DNA of 64,000 nucleotides from an uncultured Mycoplasmatota bacterium (lineage in GTDB: Bacteria > Bacillota_I > Bacilli_A > RF39 > UBA660): assembly GCA_947426265.1 (NCBI GenBank), contig CANEDJ010000001.1, positions 17,310-81,309 on the forward strand, in the 5' to 3' direction. The translations under genes and the position numbers were made by a program. The notes beneath the pieces are model-generated. The model was not told where the DNA came from, ran no database searches, and saw nothing but the letters and a program-made list of their open reading frames with translations. Shown one piece after another: positions 10,364-20,970 of this stretch (positions are counted from its first letter, which is position 1; each line of letters starts with the position of its first letter).

Positions 10364-10855
10364 ATGGCAAGATATTTTGAAAAAATTAGTTGGGAACAAT
10401 GGAAAAAAGATATCGGGAATAATAGAGAAGTTTACGAGAATCATGAGCTTCCAAAACGTCAAACAAAATTTAGCGCAGGCTATGATTTTAAAAGTCCTAT
10501 TGATGTTATTTTACATCCAGGCGATGTAAAGAAAATTCCAACAGGTGTAAAAATAGCGATGAATGAAGATGAAATGCTAATGCTTGTTGTAAGAGGTTCG
10601 GTAGGATTTAAATACAATGTGCGAATGACGAATCAAGTTGGAATATTTGAAAGTGATTATTTTAATAATATATCTAATGAAGGACATGCATGGATCAGTC
10701 TTCAAAATCATAGCAATGAAGATTTTATAATAAAAGTGGGAGATCGAATTGGACAAGGAATTTTTACAAAATTTTTGATGGTTGATAACGAAGAAGCGAT
10801 AGAAACGGAAAGACAAGGTGGATTTGGTAGTACCAATAAGGAGGAAAGAAAATGA
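10364..10855 (+). CDS. dut: dUTP diphosphatase (trimeric dUTPase)
   Basis: All five dUTPase motifs are present: SAGYDF, RGSVG, GIFESDY, DRIGQGIF, RQGGFGSTNK. GGAGG RBS. Confidence 0.8.
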   Translation: MARYFEKISWEQWKKDIGNNREVYENHELPKRQTKFSAGYDFKSPIDVILHPGDVKKIPTGVKIAMNEDEMLMLVVRGSVGFKYNVRMTNQVGIFESDYFNNISNEGHAWISLQNHSNEDFIIKVGDRIGQGIFTKFLMVDNEEAIETERQGGFGSTNKEERK

Positions 10856-12429
10856 AAGAAAAATTTTATATATCAACGGCAATTGCTTATACATCAGGAA
10901 AACCCCATATAGGAAATACTTATGAGATTGTGTTAGCAGATGCGATCGCACGCTTTAAAAGATTAATGGGATATGATGTTTATTTCCAAACTGGAACAGA
11001 TGAACATGGTGAAAAAATAGAAATAAAAGCCAAAGAAGCAGGAAAAAAACCTCAGGAATTTGTTGATGAAATTGCACTTGAAGTACGCAGAATTTGGGAT
11101 GTTATGAATACTAGTTATGATTGTTTTATGAGAACAACCAACCCAACGCACGAAGAGTGTGTAAAAAAAATCTTTAAACGTCTTTATGAACAGGGTGATA
11201 TTTATAAAGATGAATATGAAGGACTATACTGTACACCTTGTGAATCATTTTTTACTGAAACGCAGTTGATAGATGGAAAATGTCCAGATTGTGGAAGAGA
11301 TGTTCATAAAATGAAAGAGGAAGCTTATTTCTTGAAATTAAGCAAATATAGTAAACAATTGGAAGAATATATAGAAACCCATCCACATTTCATTGAACCA
11401 GAAAGCCGAAAAAATGAAATGATCAATAACTTTATTAAACCAGGTTTACAGGATTTATGTGTTTCTAGAACGTCGTTTACATGGGGAGTTCCAGTAGAAT
11501 TTGACCCAGGGCATATTGTGTATGTTTGGATAGATGCATTAAGTAATTATATTACTATGTTAGGATATAATCCAGAAGGGGAAAGCAGTGAGCGTTTTCA
11601 TAAATATTGGCCAGCAGATTTGCATTTAATTGGAAAGGACATTTTAAGATTTCATACAATTTATTGGCCTATTATTTTAATGGCTTTAGATTTACCACTT
11701 CCACATCAAGTATTTGGTCATCCTTGGTTACTTTGCGGAAATGATAAAATGAGCAAATCAAAAGGAAATATTATTTATGCTGATGATTTGGTTAGTCTAT
11801 TTGGAACAGATGCAGTTAGATATTATTTGTTGCACGAAATCCCATTTGCAAGTGATGGAACATTTACTTATGAACTATTAATTGAAAGAATTAATTCTGA
11901 TTTGGCAAATATTTTGGGAAATCTAGTAAATCGTACTATTTCAATGTCTAAGAAATATTTTGATGGAATGGTAAAAGAACCAGTAGCACCAGAAGCAATA
12001 GATCAAGAATTAATAAATATTGTAAGTAATGCTCCAAAAAGAGTAGAAGAAAAAATGAATGAATATCGTGTAGCAGACGCAATTGATGAAGTATTTGAAA
12101 TTTTTAGAAGAAGTAATAAATATATAGATGAAACAATGCCATGGGCACTTGCAAAAGATTCAGAGAAACAGAGTCGCTTAGCAACAGTACTTTATAACTT
12201 ATTGGAAGCCATTCGTTCTGGAGCCGTATTGTTACAAGCTTTCTTACCAGAAACAGCAGATGCAATATTCAAACAATTAAATACAGAAAATCGATTTATA
12301 GAATCCTTAAAAGAATTTAATGGTTTAGATGTTGGAATTAAGCTGAATGAGCCTTCCCCTTTATTTGCACGTATTGATAAAGATAAAAAATTGTTAGAAA
12401 TAGAAGAATATAATAGAAATAAGATGTAA
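10852..12429 (+). CDS. metG: methionine--tRNA ligase (short form without C-terminal tRNA-binding domain)
   Basis: HIGN (HIGH) motif, KMSKS motif and a zinc knuckle CTPC...CPDC. 4-nt overlap with dut. Confidence 0.9.
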   Translation: MKEKFYISTAIAYTSGKPHIGNTYEIVLADAIARFKRLMGYDVYFQTGTDEHGEKIEIKAKEAGKKPQEFVDEIALEVRRIWDVMNTSYDCFMRTTNPTHEECVKKIFKRLYEQGDIYKDEYEGLYCTPCESFFTETQLIDGKCPDCGRDVHKMKEEAYFLKLSKYSKQLEEYIETHPHFIEPESRKNEMINNFIKPGLQDLCVSRTSFTWGVPVEFDPGHIVYVWIDALSNYITMLGYNPEGESSERFHKYWPADLHLIGKDILRFHTIYWPIILMALDLPLPHQVFGHPWLLCGNDKMSKSKGNIIYADDLVSLFGTDAVRYYLLHEIPFASDGTFTYELLIERINSDLANILGNLVNRTISMSKKYFDGMVKEPVAPEAIDQELINIVSNAPKRVEEKMNEYRVADAIDEVFEIFRRSNKYIDETMPWALAKDSEKQSRLATVLYNLLEAIRSGAVLLQAFLPETADAIFKQLNTENRFIESLKEFNGLDVGIKLNEPSPLFARIDKDKKLLEIEEYNRNKM

Positions 12430-12530
12430 ATAGTTGTAAATTGTCGAACAAAAAAGTTACTATTTAGTTGCTTTTATTATTTTAAACATGCTATAGTTAT
12501 AGTGTTGTTTAAAAAATAGAGGGAGAAAAT

Positions 12531-12698
12531 ATGACTACTAAGAATAAAGATATGAAGTGGGTTGTATTAGGTTTCATCGCTGTTTCATTGTTAGTTTTTG
12601 GTAGTATTGTAGTAGAGAAAAATATAGTAGACATGATTTACTTAACTTGTGTTTTAGTATATTTTGTCCGTTATATTTTTATAAAAGTGAGAAGTTGA
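12531..12698 (+). CDS. small hydrophobic protein (55 aa, single TM), not in the ORF track
   Basis: ATG preceded by AGGGAGAAAAT. Hydrophobic core VVLGFIAVSLLVFGSIVV. Fills the metG-tatD gap. Confidence 0.35.
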   Translation: MTTKNKDMKWVVLGFIAVSLLVFGSIVVEKNIVDMIYLTCVLVYFVRYIFIKVRS

Positions 12699-12738
12699 AA
12701 ATCATATCGATTAATGGTATGATTTTTTTGGTGATAAT

Positions 12739-13497
12739 ATGATGATAGATACGCATTGCCATTTGTGCAAAGAAGATTATGAGAATATAGAATTCATTGT
12801 TAATAATATGGGGCATAATAGAATGATAGCAGCAGGAGTCAATGATACAACAAATCAAGAAGTATTAGAACTAATAAAAGAGTATCCCACTGTTTATGGA
12901 GCCATAGGTATTCACCCAACAGAAGTAGGAATTAGTAGTCAAAGTTCCTTAGAATGGATTGAGGACAATTTAAAAGAAGATAAAATAGTTGCCATTGGAG
13001 AAATTGGTTTAGACTATCATTATGGAATAGAAGAAAAAGAAAAGCAGATGCAATTCTTTAAAAAACAACTTGATCTAGCTAGAAAATATAATAAACCAGT
13101 AGTGATACATAGTAGAGATGCTATTGAAGATACCTATAATATCATGAAAGAATATAAAGGTGTAAAAATGGTATTGCATTGCTATAGTGGCAGTGTAGAA
13201 ATGGCAAAACGTTTTTTGGAATTAGATGTTTACTTTGGAGTAGGAGGAGTACTGACATTTAAAAATAGCCGAATTTTAAAAGATGTGGTATCTTTTTTAC
13301 CACTAGACCATATATTATTAGAAACAGATAGTCCTTATTTGGCTCCAGAACCATTTAGAGGTTCAAAAAATGAGCCAAAGAATGTCCTATTAGTCGCTGA
13401 AACTTTAGCTTCAATAAAAGGAATCTCTGTAGAAGAAGTAATAGATATTACAACTAAGAATGCATTTTCTAGATTTGACTTGAATAAATCTCTATGA
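12739..13497 (+). CDS. tatD: TatD-family metal-dependent DNase
   Basis: IDTHCHL metal-binding start. About 250 aa TIM-barrel hydrolase pattern. Synteny after metG. Confidence 0.85.
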   Translation: MMIDTHCHLCKEDYENIEFIVNNMGHNRMIAAGVNDTTNQEVLELIKEYPTVYGAIGIHPTEVGISSQSSLEWIEDNLKEDKIVAIGEIGLDYHYGIEEKEKQMQFFKKQLDLARKYNKPVVIHSRDAIEDTYNIMKEYKGVKMVLHCYSGSVEMAKRFLELDVYFGVGGVLTFKNSRILKDVVSFLPLDHILLETDSPYLAPEPFRGSKNEPKNVLLVAETLASIKGISVEEVIDITTKNAFSRFDLNKSL

Positions 13498-13536
13498 TAA
13501 TATGATAGTAGGGGAATAACATAAGAGGTGAATCAT

Positions 13537-14235
13537 ATGAATATTGCCATTCTAACTACAATTGGAAAATGGGCGAGTTGTTTGTTAATTGGATTTGTTT
13601 CTATTTTTAGTGGTTCTGTGATAAAAAAAGAATTATTAGAAGCAACAAATGTGAATGAAAATAAAAGTTATAGTGCTTTGAATGAAACAATTCCTTATGA
13701 AACAAAAGTTGTATACAATTCAAAGACTCCTTCAACAATTAAAAAAGTACTAGTATCAGGTGAAGTAGGGATTACTACAATAAAAGAAAATGATGAGAAA
13801 GTAATTGTGAAAGAGCCAGTAACAGAAATCATAGAACAAGGAACAGGAGCAGCAGGAGAATATGTCGGTCGAATTACTGGTTATGGTCCTGATTGTCCTG
13901 GTTGTAGTAGTACAGGAACTGTTGCTTGCCATACTGAAAATCGAGGAAAGCATAGTTTAATAACGAATGGAATTTATTATGAAGATAAAGAATATGGAAA
14001 AGTAAGAATACTATCAGCAGCATCAGCATTTCCATGTGGAACTATAATAAAAGTAGATAATGGGAAAATAGAACCATTTTATGGCGTTGTTTTAGATCGT
14101 GGTGGATCAATGAATAGTGCTTGGAAAAATGGAACTGTTTGGATAGATTTAGCCTATGCTTCATCAGCAGATGCAATAGCAGGAGGCATCACTGGAAGAA
14201 ATATAAAATTTAGTGTACAAAGATGGGGATTTTAA
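13537..14235 (+). CDS. 3D-domain (MltA-like) cell-wall protein, YabE-like
   Basis: N-terminal TM anchor. C-terminal 3D domain with conserved Asp residues (GVVLDRGGS...WIDLAY). Syntenic with Bacillus yabE. Confidence 0.6.
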   Translation: MNIAILTTIGKWASCLLIGFVSIFSGSVIKKELLEATNVNENKSYSALNETIPYETKVVYNSKTPSTIKKVLVSGEVGITTIKENDEKVIVKEPVTEIIEQGTGAAGEYVGRITGYGPDCPGCSSTGTVACHTENRGKHSLITNGIYYEDKEYGKVRILSAASAFPCGTIIKVDNGKIEPFYGVVLDRGGSMNSAWKNGTVWIDLAYASSADAIAGGITGRNIKFSVQRWGF

Positions 14236-14302
14236 CCCTCTTTTTTGTTGAAAAAAGAAAGAAAAGTAGTTATAATAAATAAAACGACGATTGGAGGAAC
14301 TT

Positions 14303-15154
14303 ATGGAATATTCACCGAAAAAACTTTCTGATATTTTAGAAAGGCATGGATTTAATTTTAAAAAAAGTTTTGGCCAGAACTTTATTGTAGATGAAAATAT
14401 TATTGATGCTATTATATATAAATCAAAAATAACTCCAAATACTTTGGTTTTAGAAATTGGACCAGGAGCAGGAGCCCTTACTTATAAGTTAAGTGAAGTG
14501 GCTAAAAATGTATTATGTTTTGAGATCGATACAAAATTAAAACCAGTGTTGGAAGAACTATTAAAAGAAAAACAAAATGTAGAAATCGTGTTTGAGGATT
14601 TTTTAACCGCTAATGTAAAAGAAAAACTTTCTTCTTACACATATGAGACCTTATATGTAGTAGCAAATTTACCTTATTATATAACAACTCCAATTATTAT
14701 GAAGTTAATAGAAGAAAAAATTCCAGTTAGTAAAATTGTTATCATGGTCCAAAAAGAAGTTGGAGATAGATTTAAAGCATCTCCAGGAACGAAAGATTAT
14801 AGTTCTTTATCTATCTTTTTAAATTATTATTTTGAAGTGAAAAAATTAATGGATGTTAGTAAACATGTATTTATTCCAAAACCAAATGTGGATAGTATTA
14901 TTATCGAAATGAAAAAGAAGAAAACTCAAAGGCAAGTGATAGATGAGGAATATTTTTTTAAATTGATCAGAGATAGTTTTAAACAAAAAAGAAAAACGAT
15001 AAAAAATAATTTAAAAGAGTATCCACTAGAGATTATTGAGCAAGTATTAAAAAAGAATGGTTTTGACTTAAGTGTAAGAGCAGAGCAATTATCACTTGAT
15101 ATATTTATTGATATAGCAAATAGCGTTAGTAAAGGTGTGTGTAGTAATGATTAA
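14303..15154 (+). CDS. rsmA: 16S rRNA (adenine1518/1519-N6)-dimethyltransferase RsmA/KsgA
   Basis: FGQNFI motif, LEIGPGAGALT SAM site and NLPY motif. Confidence 0.85.
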   Translation: MEYSPKKLSDILERHGFNFKKSFGQNFIVDENIIDAIIYKSKITPNTLVLEIGPGAGALTYKLSEVAKNVLCFEIDTKLKPVLEELLKEKQNVEIVFEDFLTANVKEKLSSYTYETLYVVANLPYYITTPIIMKLIEEKIPVSKIVIMVQKEVGDRFKASPGTKDYSSLSIFLNYYFEVKKLMDVSKHVFIPKPNVDSIIIEMKKKKTQRQVIDEEYFFKLIRDSFKQKRKTIKNNLKEYPLEIIEQVLKKNGFDLSVRAEQLSLDIFIDIANSVSKGVCSND

Positions 15155-15797
15155 TAAAAAATGGGATGTTATGTTGGAACAAGAATTTAAAAAGGACTAT
15201 TTTAAGAAATTAGGTGTATTTATTAGAGATGAATATCAACATAGAATTGTATATCCAGAATATAAAAATATATTTAATGCTTTGAGATATACAGATTATG
15301 ATGAAGTAAAAGTAGTTATTTTAGGACAAGATCCTTATCATGGAGAAAGAGAAGCTCATGGACTGTCTTTTTCTGTACAAGAAGGTGTTCCAATGCCGCC
15401 TTCTTTGCAAAATATTTTTAAAGAATTGGAAGATGATATTGGGGTAAAACGAAGTTGTAGTGATTTAACTGACTGGGCCAAAAAGGGAGTATTATTATTA
15501 AACTCTATTATGACTGTTGTAAAAGATAGACCATTATCGCATAAAGAAAAAGGATGGGAAATATTTACAGATAATATTATAAGGATGCTTAGTGAGAGAG
15601 AGGAACCTATTGTTTTCATTTTGTGGGGAAGTTATGCAAGAAGTAAAAAAGTACTGATTACAAACCCAAAACATAAAATAATAGAGAGTGTCCATCCTTC
15701 ACCATTATCTGCATATCGAGGCTTTTTTGGAAGTAAACCCTTTTCTAAGACAAATGAATTTTTAGAGAATATGTATGGAAAAGGGATTGATTGGTAA
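15147..15797 (+). CDS. ung: uracil-DNA glycosylase
   Basis: VILGQDPYHG water-activating loop and HPSPLSA motif. Start overlaps rsmA end. Confidence 0.85.
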   Translation: MINKKWDVMLEQEFKKDYFKKLGVFIRDEYQHRIVYPEYKNIFNALRYTDYDEVKVVILGQDPYHGEREAHGLSFSVQEGVPMPPSLQNIFKELEDDIGVKRSCSDLTDWAKKGVLLLNSIMTVVKDRPLSHKEKGWEIFTDNIIRMLSEREEPIVFILWGSYARSKKVLITNPKHKIIESVHPSPLSAYRGFFGSKPFSKTNEFLENMYGKGIDW

Positions 15798-17098
15798 TGA
15801 TTGAAGAAACAATCAGAAAATTAAAGATTGACTCAAAGGAACCAATTGTAATCGCAGTATCAGGCGGCCCAGACTCTATGGCGTTGCTATCTTTATTAGA
15901 CTCTTATTTTGAGAATATCATATGTGCCCATGTACATCATAATACAGGAAGAATAGGGCAAGATGAAGATGAAAAATTTGTAAAAGATTACTGTAAAAAA
16001 CATCATTATACTTTTGAAAGTATGAAAATTGAAGATTATGACAAAAACAATTTTCATAATCAGGCACATAAAATAAGGTATCATTTTTTTGAAATAATTA
16101 TGAAAAGGTATCATAGTCATTACCTTTTTACAGCGCATCATGGAGATGATTTGATAGAAACGATGTTATTTAGAATGATGAGAGGTTCCACTATAGATGC
16201 ATTACATGGTTTTTCAGAAATTTCAAAAAAAAATGATTATACAATAGTTAGACCTTTACTAAAATATACAAAAGAAGAATTGCTAAAATATAATGCTCAA
16301 AATAATATTCCATATCAAATAGATAGCTCAAATGATAAAGACGTTTATACAAGAAATCGAATTCGGAAAAATATATTGCCTTTTTTAAAAAAAGAGCATA
16401 GAAATGTACATTTAAAGTTTTTAAAGTTAAGTCAAGAATTAGAGCAAATGGAACGCTTTATCCAAAAGGAAGCAGAAAAAGAAAAGAAAGTTCGTTTTTG
16501 TAGTAATATATTAGATGTTTCTTGTTGGAATCGTTTAGAAAAGATTATTGCCAAGCGAATATTGCAACTTATATTGAGTGATATATATAAAGAGAAGCAA
16601 GAATTATTAGAAACAATTCATATTGAGTTATTAGAAAATTTAATTATGAACGCAAAATCAGGCACAAAGTTAATATTTCCAAACAATTTAGTGATAAAAA
16701 AAGAATATCGCAAAATATTATTTGGAGAACAAAAAGGGACTTCTTATGAGATGATCTTAGAACATGATATCAGACTTCCAAATGGGCATGAAATAAGGTT
16801 CGTGAAGGAAGAAGAGTCAGACTCAAATTTTGTTTGCCGGTTAAAAAAAGAAGAGATAGAATTTCCACTTTTCGTAAGAACAAGGAAAGAACATGATAAA
16901 ATGGAAGTAAAGGGATTAAACGGAAGTAAAAAAATAAAAGAAATTTTTATAAATTCTAAAGTACCAGAACATACTAGAATATCATATCCGATTGTTACAG
17001 ATAAAACAGGAAAAATAGTCTGGCTTCCTGGAGTGAAAAAATCGAAATTTGATAAAACAAAAGAAGAAAAATATGATATAATACTTAGGTACTATTAA
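15797..17098 (+). CDS. tilS: tRNA(Ile)-lysidine synthetase
   Basis: PP-loop SGGPDS. Synteny before ftsH. Confidence 0.8.
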   Translation: MIEETIRKLKIDSKEPIVIAVSGGPDSMALLSLLDSYFENIICAHVHHNTGRIGQDEDEKFVKDYCKKHHYTFESMKIEDYDKNNFHNQAHKIRYHFFEIIMKRYHSHYLFTAHHGDDLIETMLFRMMRGSTIDALHGFSEISKKNDYTIVRPLLKYTKEELLKYNAQNNIPYQIDSSNDKDVYTRNRIRKNILPFLKKEHRNVHLKFLKLSQELEQMERFIQKEAEKEKKVRFCSNILDVSCWNRLEKIIAKRILQLILSDIYKEKQELLETIHIELLENLIMNAKSGTKLIFPNNLVIKKEYRKILFGEQKGTSYEMILEHDIRLPNGHEIRFVKEEESDSNFVCRLKKEEIEFPLFVRTRKEHDKMEVKGLNGSKKIKEIFINSKVPEHTRISYPIVTDKTGKIVWLPGVKKSKFDKTKEEKYDIILRYY

Positions 17099-17114
17099 GG
17101 AGGGAAAAGATTAA

Positions 17115-19109
17115 ATGAATAAAAAAGCTGTGAAAAGAGGGTTAGTACCATATTTGTTTTTATTTCTAGTCATAGCTAGTGTCATGTATTTTTTCAATAT
17201 AATTAATCAAAAAGTAAATAATATTACGTATGATAAATTTATAGAAGCAGCAGAAAAGGGAGACGTAACAGAAATCAAGGTGATTCCTAGAAGTAGTGCT
17301 TATGTTTATGAGATTCGAGGAAAGCTGAAAGATTATAATGAAAATGAAACCTTTATATTAAAGCTGCCACTAGCAGAAGAATCAATGACAAAATTAATGG
17401 ATTTAGAAGCAGAACATAAATTTAAGTTAGAGACAATCAGTGATCCTGATTCTAATAAAATTGTATTGTTCTTAATTAATATTGTGCCAATGTTGATTTT
17501 ATTAGGCGGAGCCTTTTTCATAATCACAAGACAAATGGGAAGTGCTAATAAATCAATGGATTTTGGAAAAAGTAGAGCACGGTTATCAGAAAATAATAAA
17601 AAAGTTACATTTAAAGATGTTGCTGGATTAGATGAAGAAAAAGAGGAAGTTGCAGAATTAATAGATTTCTTAAAAAGCCCTAAAAAATTTCAATCATTAG
17701 GTGCCAGAATTCCGAAGGGGGTTTTATTAGTGGGGCCTCCAGGAACAGGAAAGACTTTGTTAGCGCGTGCAGTAGCAGGAGAAGCAAATGTGCCATTTTA
17801 CTATATTAGTGGTAGTGAATTTGTAGAATTATTTGTTGGTGTAGGAGCAAGTCGTGTAAGAGATATGTTTAAGCAGGCAAAACAAAGCGCTCCATGTTTA
17901 ATTTTTATTGATGAAATAGATGCTGTAGGACGTCAAAGAGGTGCAGGATTAGGTGGCGGACATGATGAAAGAGAGCAAACCTTAAATCAGTTGTTAACGG
18001 AGATGGATGGTTTTGGAGCAAATGAAGGAATTATTATTATAGCAGCAACAAATCGCCCAGATGTTTTGGATCCAGCTTTACTTCGTCCTGGAAGATTTGA
18101 TAGACAAGTGACAGTTAATCTGCCTGATATAAAAGGAAGAGAAGAAATATTGAAAGTTCATGCAAGAGGAAAAACGTTCAGTAAAGCAGTAGAACTTTCC
18201 AATATTGCCAAAAGAACAGTTGGATTTAGTGGAGCTGATTTAGAAAATTTACTAAATGAAGCAGCTTTGCTTGCAGTTAGAAGAAATAAAAAAGCAATTA
18301 GTATGACAGAAATTGATGAAGCTCATGACCGTGTATTGATGGGACCAGCTAAAAAAAGTCATAAATATACAGAGCATGAAAAGAAAGTGGTTGCTTACCA
18401 TGAAGCAGGGCATGCCGTTTTAGGATTATGCTTAGATGGAGCAAATGAAGTTCAGAAAATAACGATTGTTCCACGTGGATCAGCAGGTGGATATAATTTA
18501 ATGTTACCAAAAGAAGAAACTTATTTACAAACCAAGAGTGAGTTATTAGGAATGATTAGTGGACTACTTGGAGGGCGTGTAGCAGAAGAATTTATTTTTC
18601 ATGAAGTGACTACTGGGGCACATAATGATTTTGAAAAAGCGACAAAAATTGCTCGTGCTATGGTAACAGAATATGGTATGAGTGAATTAGGACCAGTTCA
18701 ATTCGAGCATCAAGAATCTAGTGTCTTTTTGGGAAGGGATTATAATAAAAGTAAGAATTTCTCAAGTCAAGTTGCATTTGAAATTGATCAAGAACAGAGA
18801 AAGATTATTCATGAATGTTATGAAAAAGCAAAATCTGTTATTTATGAAAATAAAAAGCTATTAGATTTAATAGCAACAACATTGTTAGAATATGAAACAA
18901 TAACAAAAGAACAAATTGAATATCTTGTAAAAAATGGCTGTATGCCTGATGATGATAAAGAAATAGATGAAAGTGAATTTAAAGAAGCTAGTCTGAAAGA
19001 TTTATCGTTAAAAGAATTACAAGAAATAGCAAAAGAAAAAGGACTTGAAGACATAGATAATTTAACAAAAGAAGAATTAGCAGAAAAGTTAGAAGGATTA
19101 GAAAAATAA
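17115..19109 (+). CDS. ftsH: ATP-dependent zinc metalloprotease FtsH
   Basis: Two TM segments. Walker [12 protein letters not shown] region and HEAGHA zinc site. Confidence 0.95.
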   Translation: MNKKAVKRGLVPYLFLFLVIASVMYFFNIINQKVNNITYDKFIEAAEKGDVTEIKVIPRSSAYVYEIRGKLKDYNENETFILKLPLAEESMTKLMDLEAEHKFKLETISDPDSNKIVLFLINIVPMLILLGGAFFIITRQMGSANKSMDFGKSRARLSENNKKVTFKDVAGLDEEKEEVAELIDFLKSPKKFQSLGARIPKGVLLVGPPGTGKTLLARAVAGEANVPFYYISGSEFVELFVGVGASRVRDMFKQAKQSAPCLIFIDEIDAVGRQRGAGLGGGHDEREQTLNQLLTEMDGFGANEGIIIIAATNRPDVLDPALLRPGRFDRQVTVNLPDIKGREEILKVHARGKTFSKAVELSNIAKRTVGFSGADLENLLNEAALLAVRRNKKAISMTEIDEAHDRVLMGPAKKSHKYTEHEKKVVAYHEAGHAVLGLCLDGANEVQKITIVPRGSAGGYNLMLPKEETYLQTKSELLGMISGLLGGRVAEEFIFHEVTTGAHNDFEKATKIARAMVTEYGMSELGPVQFEHQESSVFLGRDYNKSKNFSSQVAFEIDQEQRKIIHECYEKAKSVIYENKKLLDLIATTLLEYETITKEQIEYLVKNGCMPDDDKEIDESEFKEASLKDLSLKELQEIAKEKGLEDIDNLTKEELAEKLEGLEK

Positions 19110-19316
19110 TCTTTCTTTTTTTTATAAAAATAATAACAGAAAGATTTAATAATTTATTGAATTATATTGTTTAAAAAAGAAGAGATAATGTGTATAAATA
19201 AAGGTATCAATAAGTTTGGGAAATATCTTTTTAGATTTTTCAAAAATTAAGATAGCTATCGATAAATATTTATGATAAAATATGATATAGAACGTAATTA
19301 GGAAATGGTGATGTAA

Positions 19317-20102
19317 ATGGGAAAAATAATAGCCTTAGTTAATCAAAAAGGAGGCGTAGGAAAAACAACTTCAAGTATTAATTTAGCAGCCTCTTTAGGT
19401 GCTTTAAGAGAAAAGGTATTATTAGTTGATTTAGATCCCCAAGGAAATGCAACAACTGGGGTCGGAATTGATAAGGGAGAAGTAAAGAAAAATGTTTATA
19501 ATCTAATGATAGATGATGCAGAATTAAATGAAGTAATCATTAAAACGAAATTTAAAAATCTTTATATTATCCCATCTAATATTGTATTAGCAGGAGCCAA
19601 TCCAGAACTATTACAAAGAAGTATAGTAGAACCAGGATTTCAAAAAAATGCGCAATTGAAAAAATATTTAGATGAGGCAAAATCTATGTTTGATTATGTT
19701 ATTATTGACTGTCCACCATCTTTAGAAACCTTGACATTAAATGCTTTGACTGCTTCAGACTCAGTTATAATTCCTGTACAGTGTGAATTTTTTGCCCTAG
19801 AGGGAATTATGCAGTTATTAAATACAATTATGCTAGCACAAAAAAATCTGAATCCAACATTGGATATAGAAGGCGTATTATTAACTATGTTAGACAATCG
19901 TACTAATTTAGGATTAGAAGTAGTAGAGGATATCAAAAGCTATTTTAAAGAACGAGTTTATGATACTATTATTCCTAGACTAGTTCGTTTATCAGAAGCT
20001 CCAAGTCATGGGAAACCAATTATTGCTTATGATCCAAATAGTCGAGGAACAGAAGCATATCTTAATTTAGCAAAGGAGGTATTAGAAAGAAATGGAAAAT
20101 AG
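19317..20102 (+). CDS. soj: chromosome partitioning ATPase ParA/Soj
   Basis: Deviant Walker A KGGVGKTT. 253-aa ParA family. Followed by parB with an 11-nt overlap. Confidence 0.85.
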   Translation: MGKIIALVNQKGGVGKTTSSINLAASLGALREKVLLVDLDPQGNATTGVGIDKGEVKKNVYNLMIDDAELNEVIIKTKFKNLYIIPSNIVLAGANPELLQRSIVEPGFQKNAQLKKYLDEAKSMFDYVIIDCPPSLETLTLNALTASDSVIIPVQCEFFALEGIMQLLNTIMLAQKNLNPTLDIEGVLLTMLDNRTNLGLEVVEDIKSYFKERVYDTIIPRLVRLSEAPSHGKPIIAYDPNSRGTEAYLNLAKEVLERNGK

Positions 20103-20967
20103 AAGAGCATTGGGTAGAGGTCTTGAACAACTTTTCAATAGTGATAATTTAGATATTGAAAGTATGGAAAGACAAATTTATGAGACAACTTCAAAAGAAG
20201 AAATTATGGAACTTGATATTTCTGAACTTCGTCCAAATCCATATCAGCCTCGTAAAGTATTTAAAGATGAAAGTTTAGCAGAACTTGCTAATTCAATTAA
20301 AGAACATGGTGTGTTCCAACCTATTATTGTTAAAAAAAGCATTAAAGGTTATGAAATCGTAGCTGGAGAAAGAAGATATCGTGCTAGCAAAATGGCTGGA
20401 TTAGATAAAATTCCAGCAATCATTAGACAATTTACAGATGAGCAAATGATGGAAATAGCTCTTTTAGAAAATCTACAAAGAGAAAATTTAAGTGCGATAG
20501 AGGAAGCTGAAGCATATAGAAGAATGATAGAAAGCTTAGATATTACGCAAGAAGAATTATCAAGAAGAATAGGAAAAAGTAGAAGCCATATTACAAATAT
20601 CTTAGGATTATTAAGATTACCAAAAGAAGTTCAAACAGAAGTAGCGAATGGAACGATTAGTATGGGACATGCTAGAGTATTAAGTAAATTAGAATCTGAG
20701 GAACGAATTATTGAACTTGCGCACCAAATTATTGAAGAAAAATTGCCAGTTCGAGAAATAGAATCAATAGCTTCAGATAAGAGTGTAGAAAAAAAAGTAA
20801 AAATTCATAGGCAAAAAGAAAGTAATAATGACTATAAATATGTAGAAGATTTATTGAGAGAAAAATTAGATACAAAAGTAAAAATAAAAGATAAAAAAGT
20901 AGAAATACATTTTAGTAACGTTGCAGATTTGAATAGAATTTTAGAAATTTTAAATGTAAAGGAGTAA
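20092..20967 (+). CDS. spo0J: chromosome partitioning protein ParB/Spo0J
   Basis: GERRYRAS arginine-rich ParB box and an HTH region. Confidence 0.85.
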   Translation: MENRRALGRGLEQLFNSDNLDIESMERQIYETTSKEEIMELDISELRPNPYQPRKVFKDESLAELANSIKEHGVFQPIIVKKSIKGYEIVAGERRYRASKMAGLDKIPAIIRQFTDEQMMEIALLENLQRENLSAIEEAEAYRRMIESLDITQEELSRRIGKSRSHITNILGLLRLPKEVQTEVANGTISMGHARVLSKLESEERIIELAHQIIEEKLPVREIESIASDKSVEKKVKIHRQKESNNDYKYVEDLLREKLDTKVKIKDKKVEIHFSNVADLNRILEILNVKE

Positions 20968-20970
20968 TGT

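Noticed and set aside
18469-18484. parS-like site TGTTCCACGTGGATCA inside ftsH
   Set aside because: 13/16 match, not palindromic. It lies in codons for the highly conserved IVPRGSAGG segment, so it is most likely coincidental.
19110-19145. Possible terminator atctttc...gaaagat after ftsH
   Set aside because: 7-bp AT-rich stem with a loop of about 22 nt. Too weak to call.
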